Shown in pieces: positions 32,499 to 38,724 of a stretch of 38,724 nt of DNA. The notes under the pieces are model-generated. The model saw nothing but the letters and a program-made list of their open reading frames with translations, was not told the DNA's origin and did not search any database. The DNA comes from a virus. The translations under genes were made by a program, and so were the position numbers. The DNA lies in IMG/VR virus record IMGVR_UViG_3300037423_001082, positions 1-38,724 of that record, one strand, 5' to 3'. Position 1 is the first letter of the stretch. Each line of letters opens with the position of its first letter.

Positions 32499-33479
32499 AT
32501 GAGCACAATTTTAAATTATCCTCCTTCTGGTGGTGGCGGTGCAGGTGGTGCAGTTGATATTTCAGACTCTTCTGGAAATCCGTTAAGCAGTAACGGCGCT
32601 GGCGCCTTAAAAGTAGATGGCTCTGCTGTTACTCAACCAGTGAGTGCATCATCTCTTCCCTTGCCCACGGGTGCTGCAACTGCGGCAAAGCAGCCAGCTC
32701 TTGGGACCGCTGGCACTGCATCAAGCGATGTCATCACTGTGCAAGGCATCGCGTCCATGACCGCCTTGAAAGTGGATGGCTCTGCGGTCACACAGCCTGT
32801 TTCTGGAACGGTTACGGCAAACCAAGGGGGCACGTGGAATATCAATAACGTTTCTGGCACCGTGTCGCTCCCAACGGGGGCTGCGACTGCGGCAAAACAA
32901 CCTGCCTTGGGGACAGCGGGATCTGCTTCAACGGACGTGATTACCGTTCAAGGGATTGCGTCCATGACGGCGCTTAAAGTCGATGGCTCAGCCGTGACTC
33001 AGCCTGTGTCCGCGGCATCTCTTCCACTTCCAACAGGTGCTGCGACTTCGGCCAATCAGACCACGGCAAACACATCGCTTGCCTCTCTTGATGGGAAACT
33101 GGGATCTTTGGGCCAAAAAGCGATGGCAGGATCCGCCCCTGTGGTCATCGCAAGCGATCAAAGCGCAATCCCTATTGCGGCGTCTGCTCCGACTGCAAAA
33201 ACAGTCAAGCAAGCGGCAATCACGGTCGGAACATCTGCTGTGAGAATTACAACCGATGGGTCAGCGCCTAGCGCTACTCGCGTGCTCTTACGCTTTCAGC
33301 CTGATTCAACGTCTACAGGGAACTTGTATTACGGATCAAGCTCAGTCACTTCCAGCGGAGCTACGCGCGGCGTTCAGATCTTTGCAGGTCAAACCGAAGA
33401 AATGACGATGGATGCGGGCGATTACTACATTATTTCCGACACGGCAGGACAGACTGTGTTCGTTGTGGAGCAAGAATAA
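32499..33479 (+). CDS. Tail fiber-like protein with internal repeats (326 aa)
   Basis: Gly-rich N-terminus. Three LKVDGSAVTQPVS...LPTGAAT..Q units. Sits in the tail-module position. Confidence 0.55.
   Translation: MSTILNYPPSGGGGAGGAVDISDSSGNPLSSNGAGALKVDGSAVTQPVSASSLPLPTGAATAAKQPALGTAGTASSDVITVQGIASMTALKVDGSAVTQPVSGTVTANQGGTWNINNVSGTVSLPTGAATAAKQPALGTAGSASTDVITVQGIASMTALKVDGSAVTQPVSAASLPLPTGAATSANQTTANTSLASLDGKLGSLGQKAMAGSAPVVIASDQSAIPIAASAPTAKTVKQAAITVGTSAVRITTDGSAPSATRVLLRFQPDSTSTGNLYYGSSSVTSSGATRGVQIFAGQTEEMTMDAGDYYIISDTAGQTVFVVEQE
32607..33059 (+). repeat. In-frame tandem protein repeats (units begin at 32607, 32766, 32973)
   Basis: The peptide units are near-identical. In the 18-codon block LPTGAATAAKQPALGTAG, 12 of 18 codons differ synonymously between copies. 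Confidence 0.85.
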
Positions 33480-33480
33480 T

Positions 33481-35460
33481 ATGAAAACACTTTTTAAGTC
33501 CCTTCTCATTGGGATCTTGATCGGAACACAAGCGCACGCAGGACTTCCGCCTACTACGATCAAAGGCCAAAGTGATGCGACAGCAAAAACCAAGTTTGGT
33601 TTTCAAGTCCCGATGTCTCAGTCCACTGATCTTGGTGGAATTAGTGCGCTGATTGAGACAGGAAATCAAAACATCCTTGCTAACCCTGGCTTTGAAGGAA
33701 GCACCGGATGGACCACATCGGGCGGTGCAACAACCGCAATCAATACGACCGCGAAAGGAACTGGCGCAAAAGGGTACGACTGGGATAGCAATTCAGCATC
33801 CCAAACGCTCACATCGACTGCGGTCACGCTTACAGCAGGACTTTACGGCAAAAACGGCGTTGCATCTTGTGCGATCAAGTCGGTTTCAAGCGGCGCAACG
33901 TACAAAATTCAAGCCTATGATGGAACAAACGTTCTAGCCGAAGCTTCCATCACTTCTTCTACGTCCACATTCGCAAGAACGTCGGTCAACTTTATCTTTC
34001 CAAGTTCCGGAAGCGTGTCACTTCGTTTGATCTCGGTCGCATCCAATGAACCTGAGATTTACGTTGATGACTGTTACTTGGGACTTGCTGAAGGCTTCAA
34101 CATCTCTCAGGTGAGTCAGGCGCAGTTTGTGGGAAGTTCCTACATCGCAACAACGGCGTCATGCACTTGGACCAGAGCTAATACGGCGCTGGGTGCCTTT
34201 GGGACTACTGCAGCATGTCCCGGTCCAACGATCGAGTCCAGCGTTGTAGGATCATGGCAGACCACGGATTCGGACCTTCCGAAGCAGACTATCAACAATC
34301 TTCCGCCCGGTGTTTATGAAGTTATCGTCTCTGGATGTGGCAATAGAAATTCAGGAGCTAATGATTATTCAAACTTCACGATTAGCGATGGGACAACTAC
34401 TTCTGGACGTGGCTCTGGAGCTTATACAGGTGGTTCTCCATCGGGAATAACTATCGTTGGGTATTTCAACTATACAACGTCTGGTGATCGAAGCTTTGAA
34501 GTCTATGGATCGGCAGCAAGTGGAAATGCAGTCTGGGACAACGCTGGCGGCCAATGCATCACGCGCTGGCAGATCAAGCGATTCCCATCGAATGCCGAAC
34601 AATCCTACCGCCCCGACCAGACTCCCGCGAGCTGGTCCGGATATCACAGCGGAAACGACTGCTCCTTTGCGACATCATCCACCACTCTGGCTGACCCAGC
34701 TGCTGACGCGACGTGTACCTTCACTGAACAGTCGAACGTGAATTTCGGGACCGTCTCGAGCTACCTTTCGGGTTCTGACAAGCTCCCCGGAATTACGTTC
34801 ACTCCCCCGAGACAGGGACGCTATTTCGTGTGCGCACAGCTCGGACGTTTGACTTCCAGTGCTGGTTCAATCAACGTCACTGCCGAGCTTTCGGACACCG
34901 CAGGACCGACTTTTCTCAGCTCCATTTACCAGACGGTGGACACTAACTACCGCGGCGGTTCGATCTGCGGGATCTATAACGCCACAAGTACGGCGTCTAA
35001 AACAATCCGCTTGAGACTTGCGACCGATGCAAACACGGTCACCTTGAGCGGCGTCAATAGTACGAGTGCCCATACCGTCAAATGGCAGATCTTCGAACTC
35101 GATGCCCCGATGGCTGCGCCCTATCTCACCGGCTCAGTCACGAGCAAATCTACAACGCAGGCATATCAGCTCGTTACTGCGTACGTTACGAACTCTGGAA
35201 CCGCAGCAGTAAGCCGATCGGATGGAAATTGGCTCACCTTCTCGTCTGATAATGGAGTCGGAGATTCCACATTCACAATGTCGGGATTCGCGTCGGCACC
35301 GAACTGCGTTTGCACTACATATATTGGGGGAGCGAGAAGCTGTCAGATCGACTCTGATACCGCTCTATCTTCCACGGCCATCCGAATTCTAACGAGCTTA
35401 ACGACAACTGGCGCAGGTTCAGATGTGGACTTTTTCTTGATGTGCGTAGGCCCAAGGTAA
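33481..35460 (+). CDS. Fiber / receptor-binding-like protein with an N-terminal Sec-type signal and a CBM-like domain (659 aa)
   Basis: MKTLFKSLLIGILIGTQAHA-G signal-like N-terminus. NILANPGFEGSTGWTTSGGA is a typical CBM4_9/galactose-binding-like first strand. Ser/Thr/Gly-rich beta sequence. Confidence 0.5.
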   Translation: MKTLFKSLLIGILIGTQAHAGLPPTTIKGQSDATAKTKFGFQVPMSQSTDLGGISALIETGNQNILANPGFEGSTGWTTSGGATTAINTTAKGTGAKGYDWDSNSASQTLTSTAVTLTAGLYGKNGVASCAIKSVSSGATYKIQAYDGTNVLAEASITSSTSTFARTSVNFIFPSSGSVSLRLISVASNEPEIYVDDCYLGLAEGFNISQVSQAQFVGSSYIATTASCTWTRANTALGAFGTTAACPGPTIESSVVGSWQTTDSDLPKQTINNLPPGVYEVIVSGCGNRNSGANDYSNFTISDGTTTSGRGSGAYTGGSPSGITIVGYFNYTTSGDRSFEVYGSAASGNAVWDNAGGQCITRWQIKRFPSNAEQSYRPDQTPASWSGYHSGNDCSFATSSTTLADPAADATCTFTEQSNVNFGTVSSYLSGSDKLPGITFTPPRQGRYFVCAQLGRLTSSAGSINVTAELSDTAGPTFLSSIYQTVDTNYRGGSICGIYNATSTASKTIRLRLATDANTVTLSGVNSTSAHTVKWQIFELDAPMAAPYLTGSVTSKSTTQAYQLVTAYVTNSGTAAVSRSDGNWLTFSSDNGVGDSTFTMSGFASAPNCVCTTYIGGARSCQIDSDTALSSTAIRILTSLTTTGAGSDVDFFLMCVGPR

Positions 35461-35497
35461 CGTGATGCCAACGGAAGCGAAACTTTAAGGAGAAACT

Positions 35498-35833
35498 ATG
35501 AGATTCACAAACGATGCGATTTTATCAGTCACTGGAACAAGTGGCACGACAGTGACGACTGGAACGCTTGCGCAGGACACGTCAAACATCTTTGCAGGCT
35601 CTGTTCAAGTCATCTCGACAGGCGCAATGGGAACGCTTAAGCTTCAAGCGAGTAACGATAAGAATAGTCCAGTCAACTGGAGCGATATTTCGGGAGCATC
35701 CGTGAGCGTCACAGGTTCTGGCGCGTTTTTGATTCCAAAGCTTGATCTCTGCTACCGCTACATTCGCGCGATCTACACGAATTCTAGCGGCTCAGGCGAT
35801 ATTACAGCAAACTTTGAAGGCATGGGCTATTAG
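35498..35833 (+). CDS. Small beta-sandwich-like protein (111 aa), paralog of 32124..32495
   Basis: AAGGAGA Shine-Dalgarno. GTLKLQ...W...YIRAIY...SGSG. Confidence 0.5.
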   Translation: MRFTNDAILSVTGTSGTTVTTGTLAQDTSNIFAGSVQVISTGAMGTLKLQASNDKNSPVNWSDISGASVSVTGSGAFLIPKLDLCYRYIRAIYTNSSGSGDITANFEGMGY

Positions 35834-35857
35834 CACTTCAAGCCCCTAGGAGGGCAC

Positions 35858-36058
35858 ATGAGCTTTGACCACTTAAAGGACATCATCTTCATCGCTCTCT
35901 GCAGCGGGGCGCTTAAAGAACTTAGGGACATGCAGAAGTCTATCGCATCCTTAAATGAAAAGATGGCAAAGCTTCTTCAAGGCCATGTGGATCTTAAGGA
36001 GTCGCACAAAAAGCTAGAAAAGCGCGTAGAGCGCATGGAAGAAAAGGTCCGTTTTTGA
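35858..36058 (+). CDS. Hypothetical coiled-coil protein with a hydrophobic N-terminus (66 aa)
   Basis: AGGAGGG upstream of the start. IIFIALCSGAL, then heptad-rich helix. Confidence 0.45.
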   Translation: MSFDHLKDIIFIALCSGALKELRDMQKSIASLNEKMAKLLQGHVDLKESHKKLEKRVERMEEKVRF

Positions 36059-36095
36059 CTCAATGATGAGTCATTTTAACCAAGGAAGGTAAACA

Positions 36096-36371
36096 ATGCC
36101 TAAAGAATTGAAACAAGTTGAGATTGAGAATTCTGGCTATAACATCATGGTTCACATGGCAAAGATGTACGCTGCCATGAAAGTTGCTCTGGCCGATGGA
36201 TTTCAGCCAGGCGCTGATCTTCCCGTTGCCGTAACAGCACTCATTGCTGAAATGCCAGGACTTCTGAGTGACGCTGGACACGTGAAAGCTGATCTTGCTG
36301 AAGATCAGCTGGCCTTCATCAAGGGCGCAAACTTGGGCGTCTATGAAGTTCTTGCCGTCGTTAAGGGCTAA
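36096..36371 (+). CDS. Hypothetical protein (91 aa)
   Basis: AAGGAAGG upstream of the start. Amphipathic Ala-rich sequence. Confidence 0.45.
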   Translation: MPKELKQVEIENSGYNIMVHMAKMYAAMKVALADGFQPGADLPVAVTALIAEMPGLLSDAGHVKADLAEDQLAFIKGANLGVYEVLAVVKG

Positions 36372-36374
36372 GCG

Positions 36375-36545
36375 ATGACGACTCAACAACTCATTCTTGA
36401 GATTCTTAGGGGTGTGGCAAGATTTACGCTTGAGTTGTTGAGAGAGGGCAAGGGGTACTCAGCCGTGCTCCTTGCTCTCATCGCAGGCTGGCACGCGCCA
36501 CAGCCGAAGTACATGCAGAAGAACCCAGGGAAAGAAGAGGGCTAA
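36375..36545 (+). CDS. Small protein with a short hydrophobic segment (56 aa), possible holin/lysis accessory
   Basis: MTTQQLILEILRGVARFTLELLREGKGYSAVLLALIAGWHAPQPKYMQKNPGKEEG. Not in the ORF track (<60 aa). Confidence 0.3.
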   Translation: MTTQQLILEILRGVARFTLELLREGKGYSAVLLALIAGWHAPQPKYMQKNPGKEEG

Positions 36546-36546
36546 C

Positions 36547-36711
36547 GTGAGAACGCTACTCATCATCTTGGATTGTATTAAAGAACTCATTGCAGCAGTC
36601 CGCAAATACTTCCCAAAGAAAACACCAGCTGAGAAGCAAAGCGATACTGCACTACAAGAGCAGGCTGAAGCCGAACTTCTTAAACAGGCAGGTAGGCCCA
36701 AATGGGATTAG
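36547..36711 (+). CDS. Small protein (54 aa, GTG start), possible spanin partner
   Basis: GAGG lies 6 nt upstream of GTG 36547. In frame with track ORF 36472..36711. Overlaps the lipoprotein gene start. Confidence 0.3.
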   Translation: MRTLLIILDCIKELIAAVRKYFPKKTPAEKQSDTALQEQAEAELLKQAGRPKWD

Positions 36712-36989
36712 TGAAAAAGCTTTCAGGCTTCATCTTTGGCGTAGGTCTTGGCTTTCTTGTCGCTGCGTGCGCGACTGAGTTTCCGTACAAATACTACGGA
36801 CTGAGCCTTGAGGATAAGACGCTTAAAGGGCCAACTCAGGCCGATGATCTAAGCCTAGACGTTTGCAAAGCAAGCCCTAGTAGCGCAGCCCCCTGCATCG
36901 CAATGATGTCAGACGCGTTTCTTGAGATGAAAAAACGTTACAAGGATCTGCAAAGCGAACTCATCGCCTGCCAACAACAGCAGCATTGA
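36702..36989 (+). CDS. Lipoprotein (95 aa), outer-membrane-spanin-like candidate
   Basis: Canonical lipobox GFLVAA-C after a hydrophobic signal. Last gene of the late operon. Confidence 0.5.
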   Translation: MGLVKKLSGFIFGVGLGFLVAACATEFPYKYYGLSLEDKTLKGPTQADDLSLDVCKASPSSAAPCIAMMSDAFLEMKKRYKDLQSELIACQQQQH

Positions 36990-37006
36990 GCGCCTTATGC
37001 GCATAT

Positions 37007-37201
37007 TTATGCAGCGCCATTCTTGTTGTTCTGCAGTAGAATGATCGCTTGATCGCATTCCAGAGCATTGGCTGCGATCTCTTTTGCTTCATCAAGCGTC
37101 TTTGCGTCACCTGTGATCTTAAGAAGTGCCGTGATGAGGTTTGAGAGTCTTGCCAATTCGTGTTGCATTCTTTTATCCATTGAGGAGTTACGTGGTGCCA
37201 T
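37007..37201 (-). CDS. Hypothetical helical protein (64 aa)
   Basis: More protein-like than the overlapping 98-aa ORF 36961..37257. Last gene of the leftward early operon. Confidence 0.4.
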   Translation of the reverse strand: MAPRNSSMDKRMQHELARLSNLITALLKITGDAKTLDEAKEIAANALECDQAIILLQNNKNGAA

Positions 37202-37253
37202 GACTGCTTATCGGCATCTGGCACAGGGGGCTTAAGTGAAGAAGTTGTGAAGA

Positions 37254-37439
37254 TCACTTCTCGCCCTGGACAAGGCGAAGATGCCTTGGCTTTGGCGGCA
37301 TGTCCTCTTCCGGCCCCTCAATCACTTCAATACAACGTGCGACTTCGGACAGATAGTCCGGATCTCGGATCTTAAGGAGCATGAGGGTGAGCACCAGATC
37401 TGTTCTTAACTCTTCCTGCGATGGTATTTTGTAATTCAT
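37254..37439 (-). CDS. Hypothetical protein (61 aa)
   Basis: Co-oriented small early ORF. Confidence 0.4.
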   Translation of the reverse strand: MNYKIPSQEELRTDLVLTLMLLKIRDPDYLSEVARCIEVIEGPEEDMPPKPRHLRLVQGEK

Positions 37440-37520
37440 GCCGCAGCACTTCGCAGGATGCGTGCCTGATCTCGCTTCATCTCTTCTTCACTTGAGTCTG
37501 GTAAGGGATGTTATGTTTCC

Positions 37521-38060
37521 TCATCCGTTTTGGTCCGTCTTTTTCTTGACGACATTGGCGACCTTCCGACCATAGAAGCACGCCTCACATGGGCAATCAG
37601 ACTCATGTGGCTGCCACTCGTGATACGGCACCGGATGCGGCCTGATGTACCACTCATCGGGTTTAAGGGTCGGGTCAACCTCCACCTTTATCTTTGGAGC
37701 ACTTGTGGGGGAATTCAGAGGAACGATTTCTTTGCAGATTCCGCAAATACCGCCCGGAGCAAAACTCAACCCCTTCATTGCACGATAGCGGTCCGGGTGT
37801 TCGCAGGTTTTACTCTCTTTCGGGGGGCTTTCCGCGTCGGGTTCGCGTGGGGTGTGGGCGAGAGTCGCATCAATACGCTCAATCAGCGAGCAGTCATCCT
37901 CGCTCCGAACATAGTTGTGGCAATCGCAACACCATGAGCGTCCGATATCAGTCGTACGAAAGAGCTGAGCAGCTTCGGTATGTGGGCAAAGCCAGTCACG
38001 CGCTTCGCTCAGTAACTCACGCAGCCGCTCCACTTCTTTTTTCAGTTCGTGGGTTCTCAT
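37521..38060 (-). CDS. Cys-rich (multi zinc-finger-like) protein (179 aa)
   Basis: Cys clusters at CCDCH, CEHP, CGIC and CPCEAC. AGGAA Shine-Dalgarno upstream of the start. Confidence 0.5.
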   Translation of the reverse strand: MRTHELKKEVERLRELLSEARDWLCPHTEAAQLFRTTDIGRSWCCDCHNYVRSEDDCSLIERIDATLAHTPREPDAESPPKESKTCEHPDRYRAMKGLSFAPGGICGICKEIVPLNSPTSAPKIKVEVDPTLKPDEWYIRPHPVPYHEWQPHESDCPCEACFYGRKVANVVKKKTDQNG

Positions 38061-38097
38061 AAATCGTTCCTATTGAATTTGACATTCTGTGAAAATG

Positions 38098-38712
38098 TCA
38101 CTTCACCATCTCAATTAATAAATCTCTAAACTCAATCGGGGTTGAGTATCGCTCGACTTCTGAAATCCTTTTCACCGGGACGTAATCCGGCGAGCTCCGA
38201 ATCGCCTTCGCGTGCTCTTTCGAGCGCGGTCCCATTTCCAGCCGAGTTAGGTTGGGAGTCTTGCCCCACTTGAGCTCTTTGAAGTCAATGTCCTTCCCAT
38301 AAAGCCAGGTTAGCTTTTGAGCAGGATGCCCGTAATTTCCCTGCGCCACGCAACACGAGCGACCACCATATCTGTCTGGTTCAGTCCAGCCGCCAGACAC
38401 CTTGGGAATGGGCAAGCCGAAAAACTTAAACGCATGGGAAGCCTCGGGGTGCTCAAGAATGCCGCCAAAAGTCCGAACGCTCCAAAGGGCATGAGCGAAA
38501 CAGCCTTCATCATCGCCGAGCATCTTTTGCTTTTCTGTTTTAGCTAACATAGGTCCACCACTCCAATACCGGCCCCACCGTTCGCACGGCGGATGCGCGA
38601 TTACTTTATTTGGCCCTCTATACTTCCTTGCGTCCCGAACGATGTCCCAAGGGTCCACATTTGGGAGCTCGAAGTAGGGTCCGTTTGCAGCAACAAATAA
38701 TGCTGAAATCAT
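38098..38712 (-). CDS. C5-cytosine-methyltransferase-like protein, minimal and degenerate (204 aa)
   Basis: AHPPCERW (motif IV-like PPC), ILEHPE (motif VI ENV-like) and NYGHPAQKLTWLYG (motif VIII-like) occur at C5-MTase-like spacings (~44 and ~45 aa). Motif I is degenerate (LFVAANG) and there is no TRD-length insert. Confidence 0.4.
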   Translation of the reverse strand: MISALFVAANGPYFELPNVDPWDIVRDARKYRGPNKVIAHPPCERWGRYWSGGPMLAKTEKQKMLGDDEGCFAHALWSVRTFGGILEHPEASHAFKFFGLPIPKVSGGWTEPDRYGGRSCCVAQGNYGHPAQKLTWLYGKDIDFKELKWGKTPNLTRLEMGPRSKEHAKAIRSSPDYVPVKRISEVERYSTPIEFRDLLIEMVK

Positions 38713-38724
38713 AAATCTTCCTAA
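38598..38724. repeat. 127-bp terminal direct repeat (right copy)
   Basis: Identical to 1-127. It lies inside the 5' end of CDS 38098..38712, so it is not an intergenic cos/att-type element. Confidence 0.95.

Larger units (their letters stand above)
1..38724. mobile_element. Complete temperate podovirus-like phage genome (38,597 bp unique plus 127-bp end overlap)
   Basis: Integrase, xis-like, XRE regulators, terS/terL, portal, scaffold, capsid, T7 gp12-like nozzle, internal virion proteins, fibers and endolysin each occur once. The ends are identical over 127 bp. No tape-measure, tube or sheath genes and no host genes. Confidence 0.8.

Noticed and set aside
32607-33059. Fiber repeats as a diversity-generating retroelement target/template pair or a CRISPR-like array
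   Set aside because: There is no reverse transcriptase anywhere in the genome. The differences between copies are synonymous and not adenine-specific. The units are in-frame coding repeats without spacers.
36056-36073. TGA(C/G)TCA as a genome-wide regulatory motif, shared by this inverted pair and the 20-bp palindrome at 4106-4125
   Set aside because: Apart from the two paired sites, only about four single heptamers were seen, all inside coding regions. That is roughly the chance expectation for a 7-mer in 38.7 kb on both strands.
36961-37257. 98-aa minus-strand ORF
   Set aside because: It overlaps the more protein-like 64-aa ORF (37007..37201) in another frame and would overlap the late-operon lipoprotein gene. 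Its composition is poor.
1-38724. Window as an integrated prophage with host flanks and attL/attR
   Set aside because: No host-type genes are present. The end repeat lies inside a phage coding sequence rather than at a tRNA-derived core, and the operon structure is continuous across the junction.

Overview
The window is one complete phage genome. Bases 1-127 are identical to 38598-38724, so the unique sequence is 38,597 bp and closes into a circle (or carries a short terminal redundancy). There is no host flank, IS element, CRISPR array, rRNA or reverse transcriptase. Layout: (1) A leftward early/replication operon runs across the junction (3977 -> 145, wraps, 38712 -> 37007). It encodes a winged-helix protein, an initiator-like protein with iteron-like repeats inside its own gene, a Dam methylase, an HNH-like protein, a VRR-NUC nuclease, small Zn-ribbon and coiled-coil proteins, a degenerate C5-methyltransferase-like protein and a Cys-rich protein. 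(2) Integration module: int -> tRNA-Leu(UAA) <- xis-like, packed with 3-nt gaps. (3) A leftward recombination operon (XRE regulator, Cas4-like PD-(D/E)XK exonuclease, a possible ssDNA-binding partner) ends in a ~300-nt structured non-coding tail and an intrinsic terminator. (4) An immunity region with three XRE-type HTH genes, two operator arrays, a convergently overlapping gene pair and a lipoprotein/membrane-peptide moron. (5) An M15 peptidase endolysin sits alone on the minus strand. (6) A ~26-kb rightward late operon: terS (no canonical start codon), a 2.3-kb accessory island, terL, portal, scaffold, a Fis-type HTH, major capsid, a T7 gp12-like nozzle, a GNAT-like gene, three large internal-virion-type proteins, two fiber genes with small beta-rich paralogs, and a lipoprotein-containing lysis-accessory cluster. 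No tape measure, tube or sheath gene is present, so the virion is podovirus-like. I cannot name a single clearly novel system with confidence. The best candidates for follow-up are the terS-terL accessory island (GT-A-like, Zn ribbon, mini DUF2829/Tad2-like, GNAT), terS recoding or non-AUG initiation, the perfect 56-bp T-shaped nested palindrome upstream of int, the structured non-coding tail with a 23-codon hydrophobic mini-ORF, the convergently overlapping immunity genes, and the Sec-signal-bearing fiber-like protein. All product calls come from motif recognition by eye; no database search was run.
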